Below the pieces are notes generated by a model. It did not search any database. It was not told where the DNA came from and worked only from the letters and a program-made list of their open reading frames with translations. Of a stretch of 64,000 bases of DNA, positions 19,811 through 30,226 are shown one piece after another (position 1 is the first letter of the stretch; the number at the start of each line of letters is the position of its first letter). The translations under genes were made by a program, and so were the position numbers. The DNA is from a virus. The stretch lies in the IMG/VR virus record IMGVR_UViG_3300018080_007253, positions 356 to 64,355 of that record, one strand, 5' to 3'.

Positions 19811-20500
19811 ATGAGTAGAAAAGGAATATATAGATACGCTGCACCGATTACTCTTAACAGTAGTGGTTTTTATGAGGCTGAAACTGATTATTTTAATATT
19901 CCTGAATTTAATATTGTACCAGAAATTGTTTGGTGGGATTTAAATAGTTCTGATCCTATAGGGCATAGGCACGAAAATACACATGAGGCATTTGTAGCAA
20001 TTGTTGGAAGTGGAAGAGAAACGATAGATGAATATTTAACAAGATTCAATTTTAATGATGTTGATATAGGTTCTGGAGTTGGAATAAGTGAACCACGCTG
20101 TATGAATATGAGGATTGCTTCTAAAGAATGTGAAACTGCTAGATTAACACAGATGAGATTATGGGTGCAAGATGATTCTGATTTTTTGGGTAAAAATTAT
20201 AGGATTGTATGGGATAAAGATACAGAGTGGTTGCCAAATAAAAGATTCCATATAAAAGATGCGTTCCCAGTTTCTTCTGAAAAAAATTATTTGCCAACAT
20301 CAGATCCAGGTACTCAGAAAATTTTTGCGCAAGATGGAGGTGTTTCAATTCACGGAAGCGGGGACACTGCTTGTAGTGAATATATTTATTTAGCTTTGGC
20401 TGTTTCTGGAAATGTTATTCCAGGGGAGTATGGCGCTATTCCATCTTCTGGATTTAAATTAAGGATGTCATATTCGTTTGATAATTTTTATCGTGAATAA
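19811..20500 (+). CDS. virion structural protein, paralog family A
   Basis: QMRLW...EW...LP...Q.IF.QDG..SI.GSGD...SEYIY...GEYG...FKLRMSY pattern. Confidence 0.55.
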   Translation: MSRKGIYRYAAPITLNSSGFYEAETDYFNIPEFNIVPEIVWWDLNSSDPIGHRHENTHEAFVAIVGSGRETIDEYLTRFNFNDVDIGSGVGISEPRCMNMRIASKECETARLTQMRLWVQDDSDFLGKNYRIVWDKDTEWLPNKRFHIKDAFPVSSEKNYLPTSDPGTQKIFAQDGGVSIHGSGDTACSEYIYLALAVSGNVIPGEYGAIPSSGFKLRMSYSFDNFYRE

Positions 20501-20512
20501 AAAGAGGAAATA

Positions 20513-21154
20513 ATGGTAGAAAGTGGTTTTTATACATTTGGTGTAGTTGGAGATTTGCGTCCTAAAATAACTTGTATTCAATATCCAACCTTTCTTCAAG
20601 AAAATCCAAAAGAATGGGACTTAGTTTTTTCTTCTGGTAATTCATTGGGGGAAAAGGGGGGGTGTCTTGGATTAAGTGGTTATAATAGTGGAGTATTGGA
20701 CTATGGTGAAATTGTTTGTGAAAACTCAGAAACTGTTTCTTCTGATACAATTGTTTTTGTATTCAGACCAAAGTATAGTGCGACATCCGGTGTATGGAAT
20801 GAAGCACAAATTTTTAATATGAAATTATGGGTTGATGACTATGGCGATATGAGTGGCATCAATCCATATATTCAAATGTTAGCCACAAGCGGATGGTATC
20901 AAAATGTTGACATAGGAAGTGGGGAAATGGGAGCTATAGAAATTCCTTATGTTTTACCATCTGGACAGAATATATATAGAAAAGATGGACACTATGCGCT
21001 TGTCGGTACATCTAATTCACAAATTACACAGAACATATATTCTAATATTATTTTATCATCTGGCTTATATGACATTGGTATTAAAAATTTTAGATTAAGA
21101 TTTACTTATGATTGGACAGCAAGTAGTGCAAATGTGGCAAGTGGAGACTTTTAA
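20513..21154 (+). CDS. virion structural protein, paralog family A
   Basis: LDYG...NMKLW...LPSGQNIYRKDG...FRLRFTY; 11 SG in 213 aa. Confidence 0.55.
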   Translation: MVESGFYTFGVVGDLRPKITCIQYPTFLQENPKEWDLVFSSGNSLGEKGGCLGLSGYNSGVLDYGEIVCENSETVSSDTIVFVFRPKYSATSGVWNEAQIFNMKLWVDDYGDMSGINPYIQMLATSGWYQNVDIGSGEMGAIEIPYVLPSGQNIYRKDGHYALVGTSNSQITQNIYSNIILSSGLYDIGIKNFRLRFTYDWTASSANVASGDF

Positions 21155-21155
21155 T

Positions 21156-21602
21156 ATGAACGATAAAAATTTTTGGGTAAAAAGAATTGATAATAATATT
21201 GATCTTTTGCATGTAAATATTTTTTGTTCAATTGATAATATATATAAAGTATATAAAATTGAAATTCCAAGTGGAAAACGCCCATTTATTTCACATACTG
21301 CAACAATGGGAATGGTAGAGGCGATTGGTAACATAAAAAATAGTAATATAGCTACAGCATATTATTTAGGAAATCCAAAATATGAATTTAAAGTAAATAA
21401 TATTTATGGATACAAAAAAGGAGAAAGAGTTATTGTTAGTGAGCATATTAGATTAGATGGTAAAATTGAATATTTAGTATCTAAAAATAGACTATTGCAA
21501 GGTAATTTGAATTTTGTTAATATTGGGCATTACAATGAAAAGAATGATGGAATTATTAAAATGATTGTTGATGTGATTACTGGTGAACATAAGGTCTTAT
21601 AA
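21156..21602 (+). CDS. hypothetical protein
   Basis: ATG at 21156 sits just after the upstream TAA. The basic 148-aa ORF fills the gap in the operon; no recognisable motif. Confidence 0.5.
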   Translation: MNDKNFWVKRIDNNIDLLHVNIFCSIDNIYKVYKIEIPSGKRPFISHTATMGMVEAIGNIKNSNIATAYYLGNPKYEFKVNNIYGYKKGERVIVSEHIRLDGKIEYLVSKNRLLQGNLNFVNIGHYNEKNDGIIKMIVDVITGEHKVL

Positions 21603-21617
21603 AATAAGAGATAAACA

Positions 21618-22439
21618 ATGGTAGCTTCTGGTGTAAAAAAAATTGGTGGTTTTTTATTTTCTGTAAATCCGATTGAAACATATGTTGACTCTTTGAATAG
21701 AGCTCTTGTAAAGGTTGGAACAGAGATAATTAATGATCAAGAATACAAAATAGACGGAGCAGTTTATTTATTGAGGCAAACAAATAGCGACTTCTATTCT
21801 GAAGTAACAGTCATAAAAGATAGCAGTGATTCTTTTAACAGTGTTATTAAGATAGAAAAAGGGCCTCGTAAAAATCCTTATGTTGAAATTATCTCTCAGA
21901 GTGCACAAAGTGGAGCGGTTAATCAGAACTTTAGCATTACTGCATCTGGATATGCTTTTAATGAAAATGGAAACAGAGTCAACGATGGTATTTCAAGCGT
22001 TATTTTTAACTGGACAGATGGCGACTATGATGTTATAGAGTCGAGCGGAGACTCATGGACACTTTCTCATAGCTATAGTCATAGTGGGCTGTATAAACCG
22101 TATGTGGCTGTAAAAGATCATTATGGACGAGTAGGTGGTGACATTACATCATTTAGTACGGCATCTGGAATTTCAAATATGCCAATAATATCTCTATCTG
22201 GTATACCAAGGAGCGTGATTGCAAACACCTTAAGTGTAGATTTTTATGCTGATCTTGCTGATGTTTTAGGAGATTATACATTATATTGGGATTATGGGAA
22301 TGGGTTTAGTTATTATAATAATACTGTTGATACAACTACCCAATATAATTTCCCTGGTGATTATATTCCATACATTAGAGTTATAGACGGCAGGGGAGTT
22401 TATGTTTGTGATTCTTTAAAGATAGGATACAATAGATAA
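21618..22439 (+). CDS. PKD-domain virion protein
   Basis: Two PKD-like modules (FNWTDGD...SHSYSHSGLYKP.V.V.D and YWDYGNG...YNFPGDY.P...V.D). Confidence 0.7.
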   Translation: MVASGVKKIGGFLFSVNPIETYVDSLNRALVKVGTEIINDQEYKIDGAVYLLRQTNSDFYSEVTVIKDSSDSFNSVIKIEKGPRKNPYVEIISQSAQSGAVNQNFSITASGYAFNENGNRVNDGISSVIFNWTDGDYDVIESSGDSWTLSHSYSHSGLYKPYVAVKDHYGRVGGDITSFSTASGISNMPIISLSGIPRSVIANTLSVDFYADLADVLGDYTLYWDYGNGFSYYNNTVDTTTQYNFPGDYIPYIRVIDGRGVYVCDSLKIGYNR

Positions 22440-25111
22440 TGGCTTCAGACAATTTTCCTTACGATTATTTTAAAGGAATACATCCTACTCCAGAGTTTGA
22501 AAATCCACATGGCGATTTTCCATGGTGGAACATATCTTGGAAATATAGGCGATTTATATTAGAACCACACAATGATGCTGGTGGCTATTATGATTATGGT
22601 AATAATTTAGTTCGTGCGTCTGGACGAACTCCAGTAATGCTATGGGTTTATCTTGATAAATATGTTGCAGAAGGAAAAGTAAACGATGACTATAGTGATG
22701 TAAGAATTATTTTTCAGTCTGGTGTATCAAATCCTAAATATTTTAATGTTCCATATTATATTGCGTCTGGATTATCACCACAAAAAATATATTTTTTTAT
22801 GCAAAACGATGTTTATGATGCCAATCCTGTTCTTCAGTTGCACGATGGCGGGGATGGATGGGCATATTATTTATATTACGGAAATGATTCGACTCCAGAC
22901 ACAGAAAAACCAGAAAAATATATAAATTTTAATAATCCACTTGCTCCATTTCATGTTCAAAAAGAATGGACATCAATTCCTGGACATCCAGAAAGCGGAC
23001 ATCGTGACTTAATGTTTTATAGACTTAATGACGATCCATCTACAATGGGAAATGGTCCAAAAGATGAAACTGGGAACACCTATGCAATAAGTGGATGCAA
23101 TGGAGATGCTTGTACATTGGCTTTTGGTGTAAGTGGATATTTGGACTCGGCAGTTTTTTTCGATGGAACAGTTAATAATTTTATAGATATATTTGGTAAT
23201 AATTCAAATGTGGCACATTATCCTAGCTCAATGTTTGTTTTGGATTTTTGGTATGCTGATCCTGATCCATATAGAAAAATGGGAACATCTATGACAGTTA
23301 CAGATGGAATGGGATATCAAGGGTATCATCCGCAATCTGGAATGGGGTCTGACATTATTATTGATAGAAGCGGATTTTTGACAGTTACATCTATTGAAGA
23401 TGCGTCAAATTTTCTTGATGATGTTGACCCGATACGCTGCGCGGTAAGTGGACAGCTTCAAGTTGGGACTGGCGTGGGGGATTTTTTAGAAGCTTATGAT
23501 CCATTAACCGATCATGTTCCAACAAACGGTGATACTCAAATATTTGCAGATGTTGCAAGCGATTGGTATACTTATGAACAAGCCAATATGTTTTGGATGC
23601 CAGACATATCAGAATTGTTGTGGCGCTTTGTGCGATTTTGTTATCGTGGAGATTCTACAGCGGCATCATCTGTTTTTTCTTTATATGACAATTATGATAG
23701 AACTTTGATAAATGATAATGGTAATTTTGATGATTCTATAAATGATATATATAAAAATGGAAAGTTTACAATTGGACAAAATGCTTCTCATAATAATAAT
23801 GTTCCATTTAAGGGAATAATAGAACAGGTGCGACTTTCGACATTTCCATTAGATCAAATAGATGATCCGAATAGTTCGATATGGTTACCAACAAAAGAAA
23901 TAGCAACAAAAGATAAAAGGTTGTATTGCTTTCCAAGTGGTGGAGAAGAATCAATATCTATTAGTGAAGCATCGGGAGAAATTGGAGGTTGTGTTAGTAC
24001 AGAAGAAGGTATTGTTACTGCTGACGCCCGCGAATTTGGTGGCTATATATATACAAATATTTTTTCTTCTGGCTTTATGTTGGGTGGATATTTTTATAGT
24101 CTTCCTGGAGAAATACAGGATGCCTTGGGTGGTGGGATTTATGGTGAGTCTCCTATGGTATATCAATCTGGACATTTTGGCGGCGCGGTAAATGTATTTA
24201 AGGTTGATACAATAGCAACAATTGGTGGATTTTTTAATCCAAGCCCTGAATTTATATGGAAAAAAGAAAAATTTGGTGGCTATATGTTTACAAATGAAAC
24301 AATAGCTCCAAACAAAATAGGTGGTCATTCACTAGGTACATGGGAAGGTAGAAATGATATTTATGTAGACTCACTTTGCAGAACTCTTGTTGAGATGAAT
24401 AGTGACTCTACACACAAACAAGGATATAACATTGATAGTAAATTAAAAATATATAAAATTTGCAACAATGATTTTAATTCAAAGATAAATGTATCTAGAA
24501 AAGATTACAGCGTTTTTAATGCAGAAGCAACTGTTATAAATTTAAGAAAAAATCCATATGTAAAGATTATTTCCTCTGGTATTGATGGATTGTCGTTAGA
24601 GCTAACGGCTTCTGGCTATATGTTCAACAAAAACGATGAAATGGTTGACAATGGTATAAATAGAGCATATTGTAGATGGAGCGATGGTAATATTTCAATT
24701 CTTGAGAATGCGCAAGAAAGCGGCTCTATTTTTAAATTTTCTCATGACTATAGTTTTAGTGGAATATATTCACCAATAGTTACTTTGGTTGATATAAATG
24801 GAAGAGTTGGTTCAGATTATATAAGAGTTGATATGACAAGCAGTGGAACAGATGTGCCAAGGATATCTCTTAGTGGAGAGCCAAGGAGTGGATATGACCA
24901 ATTAGATGTTGATTTTTCTGTAGATATAAATAATACTATTGGTGCATATAATTTATATTGGGATTTTGCAAATGGTTTGACGTATTATAATAATAGTGAG
25001 GATATGGTTACATCTTATAATATGCCAGGGAATTATATTCCATATGTTATGTTAAAAGATGAAAGGGGTATTGTTGTTACAGACACACTTTTGTTAGGGT
25101 ATAATAGATAA
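22439..25111 (+). CDS. DUF2341 + LamG/ConA-like + tandem PKD tail protein (possible receptor-binding protein)
   Basis: WKYRR...GKVNDDYSDVRI...YYLYYGN (DUF2341-like); YRLND...FDGT...FTIGQ...FKGIIEQVRLS (LamG-like); C-terminal PKD pair. Confidence 0.7.
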   Translation: MASDNFPYDYFKGIHPTPEFENPHGDFPWWNISWKYRRFILEPHNDAGGYYDYGNNLVRASGRTPVMLWVYLDKYVAEGKVNDDYSDVRIIFQSGVSNPKYFNVPYYIASGLSPQKIYFFMQNDVYDANPVLQLHDGGDGWAYYLYYGNDSTPDTEKPEKYINFNNPLAPFHVQKEWTSIPGHPESGHRDLMFYRLNDDPSTMGNGPKDETGNTYAISGCNGDACTLAFGVSGYLDSAVFFDGTVNNFIDIFGNNSNVAHYPSSMFVLDFWYADPDPYRKMGTSMTVTDGMGYQGYHPQSGMGSDIIIDRSGFLTVTSIEDASNFLDDVDPIRCAVSGQLQVGTGVGDFLEAYDPLTDHVPTNGDTQIFADVASDWYTYEQANMFWMPDISELLWRFVRFCYRGDSTAASSVFSLYDNYDRTLINDNGNFDDSINDIYKNGKFTIGQNASHNNNVPFKGIIEQVRLSTFPLDQIDDPNSSIWLPTKEIATKDKRLYCFPSGGEESISISEASGEIGGCVSTEEGIVTADAREFGGYIYTNIFSSGFMLGGYFYSLPGEIQDALGGGIYGESPMVYQSGHFGGAVNVFKVDTIATIGGFFNPSPEFIWKKEKFGGYMFTNETIAPNKIGGHSLGTWEGRNDIYVDSLCRTLVEMNSDSTHKQGYNIDSKLKIYKICNNDFNSKINVSRKDYSVFNAEATVINLRKNPYVKIISSGIDGLSLELTASGYMFNKNDEMVDNGINRAYCRWSDGNISILENAQESGSIFKFSHDYSFSGIYSPIVTLVDINGRVGSDYIRVDMTSSGTDVPRISLSGEPRSGYDQLDVDFSVDINNTIGAYNLYWDFANGLTYYNNSEDMVTSYNMPGNYIPYVMLKDERGIVVTDTLLLGYNR

Positions 25112-25137
25112 ATAAGGAATAAGGAAAGGAATAAAAA

Positions 25138-28100
25138 ATGGGTTCTCCATATATTTATGTTTCTGGCGTAATGGACGACAGTCTTTATTTTAATGACAAT
25201 AGTCATATTGATATTGATCTTGGTATTCCAGATAATTTTGGACAGATTTGGTTGTCTTCAATTGAAACTTCTTTTGGATTTAACGATAGTCCACACACGC
25301 TTAATCTAGAAATTGTTGCTAAAAATCAATTACCAAATAGAGATATTGTTGGCAATAATTGTGTTTTTCAAATAGGTGAACTTTTGTTTAATGGCCATAT
25401 CGTTCATGTTGACAATAGTGTCGGTTCTAATGGATTTATAACAAGAATACAGTGTGAAGATGGCAGAAAAATAGAATTAAATAAATATTTGATACACACA
25501 GAATCTCTTTTGCAAAATAATTTAAATAATGTAATAATTGTTCCAAAGGTTTTAAACACCAGGGGCAATCTTCATAAAAAATATTCTCCACTATGGTTAA
25601 TGAACAGATATGGTGCTACTTATTCAGAAATATATAATGCTGCCACATCTGAAGGTGTTGTTGGGCTGCCATCTCCATCAATAATTAATAACAAACTGGG
25701 AGATTATGAAGGATATAGATGGCAATTTAGTATGACGCCGCTTTTTAGCGCCTTATTACAAATATTTGATGATTGCGGTTATGATCTTTATTATTATGGG
25801 AATGAAATTAGAATAATAGATAGAAGCAAAACAATTCGTGTTGACACCTCTTTTTTAGATGATTACTATAAAACAGAGGTTAGGGAAGGTTATGATTTAA
25901 CAAGTAGCCCCACACGTCATTCTGTATTGGGAGCAAAAAAACAAGGTAGTGTTGGAACTATAGATTTTTGTGAATATCATAATGAAATTTCATTAGGGAA
26001 AAATTCTTTCACTCCTGCGTGGAATGATATACAAATTCAATATCATAATCAAGATGGTATATTAAATTCATATTATCCTACAGATGACGAATTAAGAATG
26101 GCATTAAAAGGAATAGAATTTTGGATATATTATAAGCTTGAAGAGGGCATACATGTTGAAGAGGGATGGATGGAGTCACGTTTAAATCCTGCAGTATATG
26201 GAATAAATGATAATTTAGCAATGCTTTCTGCTGGAGGCGGACGTTCAGATGTTATTAAGGCTATACAAAATAGAAGATCAGAAGCTGCTAATTGGTTGGT
26301 TACATGGTATGATGCAGTGTCAAATCATGCACGAAGATATTATGGTAAATTATATTCATGTATTCCTGGAGAAAGCTTTTTGCGTAATTGTAACATAGTA
26401 GACTCAGCGTGGATAGCGGACAATGTTGATAATATGACAATCCCCTTAGAATATTCTCCATTTTATGACGATGGTAAAATCAGAGCCTTTATGCAAATTT
26501 CAACAGACGATGTTATTGGATATGGACTTAAGGGAACGGATGTTCCAGCAAGCTTTGTAGAATGGAACGAAATGGATGGTAATGCCTATATTCCAATACA
26601 GGCATCTATTTATAGTCCGAGCGATGATAGTCAGCGCATTCCAGGAATGACAGAGCAGCGAGTTTTGTTAAGGCTGCCGAATATAATTGTTACTGATATA
26701 TATGTACATGAATTGTTAGAAAATTTGTCTACACTAGATTATTTTGATGGTGGCACATTAAACGCCAGTGGTATTTCTGATCAATTCCAACTATATGTAA
26801 CAGCTAAAGATAAGGAAAATCCAAGATTGACGATTCAGCCGTTACAATCTATAGACAATTTTTTAATTCCTGTTGAATATAATATTAGATATGGGGATAG
26901 TGGCGATACAACCTACGGGACAACAAATGGCGAGTATGCTGTAGAAATAAATGATAAATATGCACCATGGACAAAAGAAAATCCGAGCGATCCTACAAGT
27001 CAAATGTTGCATAGAGCACAAGAAATGATATCTAGTAGTGGATCAGTAGATTTTTATGAAGCAACTGTTGTCGGTTTGCCGTCTGTAAATTATTTTAGCG
27101 ATTTTGCTGATAGAAACGGCGAAGCAGTCTATCCATTTACATCTATGAATGTTAGAATCGGTGGAGATGGTTTAACCACACAATATGCCGTTAAAACACA
27201 ACTGAAAGAATTAATACGTGATAACAAAATAGATTATTCTAGATGGAAATCTAGATTAAATCATATTCAACACTATAGTAATTTAGATAAATTAATGACA
27301 AATTTGAATCTTATAATGCCGGGCTTATCGCAAGGAATTATAGATGATTTGACAAAAGACAATTGGAATATGTTTCAAACAGCAACAAATAATAAAGAAG
27401 AAGAAGAAAATGTTCCAGAAGACAAAAGCTATACGAAAATGGTTAAAATTGTGGATGTTGCATCAGCCAATATTACTGATCCAAATGGTGCAGAAACGCA
27501 AGTTGTTGTGGAATTTTATACCGGACAGGATGATAACGGAAATGTTTACCCCTTTTCTTGGAAAAATTTTTATAGAACTATAGGAGAAGATGTTTTTACA
27601 GAAAATAAAGAAGTGGATATAGTTAATTTTGGTGAAACCACCACTAGAAGAAGAATGATGTCTGAAGGATATTGTATGTGTACCGATGGGTATTTGCGCC
27701 CTGGAATGTCTGCGATGTTTCATCACGAGGAAATAGAAGGAACAGTTTTTGAGTATTTTACTGGAGGAGTTCAGTTAGAGTCTGCCCGTGTGGTTGAAAT
27801 AGCAAACGATGTAGAGCAGATCGGTGATTATTATTGTGCAGATGTCAAGACTGTCTCTCATATAGCTGATACAGCATCTTTCAATTTTTATAAAGTTCCA
27901 TTTTTAAATAACACACAAGCTGGGATGCAATCTTATAAGGTAGGAGACAAAGTACAGATAGTTCATAATAGGGCAACAAAAGGTGGCTCATCTACCTCTT
28001 CTGACAGTGATTTTGATGTTTTTGATGAAGGAACGCTACGTCCAGAAAGCACGCATATTAAAGACGATGAGCCGGTAAATGACTTATATATAGAAAATCC

Positions 28101-28362
28101 AAAAACTATAAATCCTATGTTTGTTACTGTTGTTACGCCGCCACTTGCGGATGGCACAGGTGGAAAAGTTGCAAAAGCAGATGATCCAACACAAACATAT
28201 GAAGAATTTCCATCTGAAAATGGTGAAATGCAAGATTTATTATGGATTGGATGCCCCTATGATGCAATATATGAGGGTGATTATGGAATTTTAACACAGG
28301 GAAAAGAAGGATGGTATGTTTTGATCCAGAAACCACTGTTTACTGCATATAGTCAGGAGTAA
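25138..28362 (+). CDS. putative tail tip/baseplate hub (central tail) protein
   Basis: 1,074 aa. The N-terminal SFGFNDSPHTLNLEIV...FQIGELLFNG and RIIDRSK patterns resemble gp27/Tal-like hubs; position in the tail operon agrees. Confidence 0.55.
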   Translation: MGSPYIYVSGVMDDSLYFNDNSHIDIDLGIPDNFGQIWLSSIETSFGFNDSPHTLNLEIVAKNQLPNRDIVGNNCVFQIGELLFNGHIVHVDNSVGSNGFITRIQCEDGRKIELNKYLIHTESLLQNNLNNVIIVPKVLNTRGNLHKKYSPLWLMNRYGATYSEIYNAATSEGVVGLPSPSIINNKLGDYEGYRWQFSMTPLFSALLQIFDDCGYDLYYYGNEIRIIDRSKTIRVDTSFLDDYYKTEVREGYDLTSSPTRHSVLGAKKQGSVGTIDFCEYHNEISLGKNSFTPAWNDIQIQYHNQDGILNSYYPTDDELRMALKGIEFWIYYKLEEGIHVEEGWMESRLNPAVYGINDNLAMLSAGGGRSDVIKAIQNRRSEAANWLVTWYDAVSNHARRYYGKLYSCIPGESFLRNCNIVDSAWIADNVDNMTIPLEYSPFYDDGKIRAFMQISTDDVIGYGLKGTDVPASFVEWNEMDGNAYIPIQASIYSPSDDSQRIPGMTEQRVLLRLPNIIVTDIYVHELLENLSTLDYFDGGTLNASGISDQFQLYVTAKDKENPRLTIQPLQSIDNFLIPVEYNIRYGDSGDTTYGTTNGEYAVEINDKYAPWTKENPSDPTSQMLHRAQEMISSSGSVDFYEATVVGLPSVNYFSDFADRNGEAVYPFTSMNVRIGGDGLTTQYAVKTQLKELIRDNKIDYSRWKSRLNHIQHYSNLDKLMTNLNLIMPGLSQGIIDDLTKDNWNMFQTATNNKEEEENVPEDKSYTKMVKIVDVASANITDPNGAETQVVVEFYTGQDDNGNVYPFSWKNFYRTIGEDVFTENKEVDIVNFGETTTRRRMMSEGYCMCTDGYLRPGMSAMFHHEEIEGTVFEYFTGGVQLESARVVEIANDVEQIGDYYCADVKTVSHIADTASFNFYKVPFLNNTQAGMQSYKVGDKVQIVHNRATKGGSSTSSDSDFDVFDEGTLRPESTHIKDDEPVNDLYIENPKTINPMFVTVVTPPLADGTGGKVAKADDPTQTYEEFPSENGEMQDLLWIGCPYDAIYEGDYGILTQGKEGWYVLIQKPLFTAYSQE

Positions 28363-28369
28363 AATATTT

Positions 28370-30211
28370 ATGTCAGAAATTAAAAGTTTTGAATTTGAAT
28401 GGATGCCGCCAGATCCTTTTGTTTTACCATCATATGAAGATGAAGTGTATAGTGTTCCATTTGATGGAAGATTTTTAGAAAATATTATGTATAATATTAA
28501 TAAATATAGAGAAGAATATTTATATATTGCTCCTGTTGAATGGAATCTCTATAGGGGGAACGGGAAGATAAAAGAAACTTTTGTGCCAACTGCCGCCATT
28601 CCTACTGAGGCTAATTCAAAGCTTAACAATTCTCCTGTATCACTATTTTCAACTTATGTAGAAGATATAAAAAGAGAAATAGAAAAAATAATTGTTGCCC
28701 CAGATAATTTACAAGCACATTTTGCACGCTGTTTTGATCCATTACGATGGGAAAATAAAAGAACATTTTCTACACCAAATTTTAATTGGTTTAAAATTAA
28801 TGATGGAACTCAATTGGTTGAAGTATATAATTTTCCACAAGACATTAATTCAAAAACTGTATTAGGAGCAACACAAGACTTTCATTATGGGGTAGAGGTA
28901 GGAGGAAAACAGGCGCTAGTAATAAATGCATTTGACACACTTAAGGCTCGCTTAAACAGCGAGGGTATTCCAGTTTTTACGAGAATGCAAAATGGAGAAT
29001 GGCCGTTTACAAAAAGTGAGCTTGACAACATATTAGAAATGATGTTTTATGGCATACACTTAAATATTGCACCGTCTAAAACTGATAATGGCGACTATAA
29101 TTTTTTTGATCCAAAAAGATTTCCCATTATGTTATGTTCGTGGTTAATTCAGTCATTACGATTTTCTCCTCCAATAATAGAAAGATTTTATTTAGAAAAT
29201 AAAAAGTTGTATAATATTGAAAAATATGATTGGGGTGTAACTAATGGCAGAAGTTGGGATGGTACAAGTTGGAATGGTGGTGCTCGTGTAGAAGACTCAA
29301 CAAACGCATGGGGTATTAAATATGAAGGACTAATATCACTAGGTTTCAAGGAATCTACTGTTTGGGATTTTGGCACTGGAAAATGGCATATAGCAGGAAA
29401 ATGTAGACACAAAAAAGATGGGATTAAATTATATCAAGGAACTCCATATTATAATTATTTTGAGCCAGTTGATGTTTTTGGTGTAATTACATCTAGCAGA
29501 GACCATTTGGAATTTAGTGCATTAGAATGGTATAGTGAATATGAAGATTATACTGGTGTCCCTATAGGTTATCCATATGAATATAAAAAGAGCAATGGGA
29601 ATGTCGAACTTTATTTTAATAAATTCAAACAGCCGATTTTATTTGCAAATTCTGATGTTGATGGAATAAATTATGGACGTGAGGCTAACGAAAAAACAAT
29701 CTATTCTTATTATTCAGAATGGATTGGAGCTGGAACATATATGGATATTTGCATTTATGAAGATGTTTTTTTGGGAAATGGTATAGAAATTGAGGCGAAA
29801 GATGATTCTTTACTAGAAAATTCTTCTTATTCTGAAGATCCAATAAATATAACACATTATATAAATGCGAATGAACCAATTTGTTTTTCTATGCCGAATG
29901 AATGGGATAGTGAAATTGAAAACAATAAAGCGATACAGGAAATTAAAAATATAAAGATTATTGCACATTTTAAACAAAGAGCACAGGGTGGATCATATCC
30001 GACCGATGTTATTCCAATTAAAACAAGGGGTTTCAGTTTAGATGTTAAGGCTTTTGCTATATTACATGACAAAATACATAAACCAGAAGAATATTTTTCA
30101 TATGACGAGTCAACAGATACAGTTTCTTATAACACAGATTTTATAGGAATGGAAAACGTATTATCTTATAGAGAAAGTCATATAGATGATTTTTATAGCT
30201 TTTTATATTAA
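28370..30211 (+). CDS. putative tail fibre/tip-associated protein
   Basis: 613-aa aromatic-rich ORF after the hub; function assigned by synteny only. Confidence 0.4.
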   Translation: MSEIKSFEFEWMPPDPFVLPSYEDEVYSVPFDGRFLENIMYNINKYREEYLYIAPVEWNLYRGNGKIKETFVPTAAIPTEANSKLNNSPVSLFSTYVEDIKREIEKIIVAPDNLQAHFARCFDPLRWENKRTFSTPNFNWFKINDGTQLVEVYNFPQDINSKTVLGATQDFHYGVEVGGKQALVINAFDTLKARLNSEGIPVFTRMQNGEWPFTKSELDNILEMMFYGIHLNIAPSKTDNGDYNFFDPKRFPIMLCSWLIQSLRFSPPIIERFYLENKKLYNIEKYDWGVTNGRSWDGTSWNGGARVEDSTNAWGIKYEGLISLGFKESTVWDFGTGKWHIAGKCRHKKDGIKLYQGTPYYNYFEPVDVFGVITSSRDHLEFSALEWYSEYEDYTGVPIGYPYEYKKSNGNVELYFNKFKQPILFANSDVDGINYGREANEKTIYSYYSEWIGAGTYMDICIYEDVFLGNGIEIEAKDDSLLENSSYSEDPINITHYINANEPICFSMPNEWDSEIENNKAIQEIKNIKIIAHFKQRAQGGSYPTDVIPIKTRGFSLDVKAFAILHDKIHKPEEYFSYDESTDTVSYNTDFIGMENVLSYRESHIDDFYSFLY

Positions 30212-30226
30212 AAAAGGGGAGTTAAA

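Noticed and set aside
13628-25111. TCTGG/AGTGG DNA motif as the cause of the SG bias
   Set aside because: Two unrelated Ser codon families are used and the bias follows reading frame and protein class, so a DNA-level site is unlikely.
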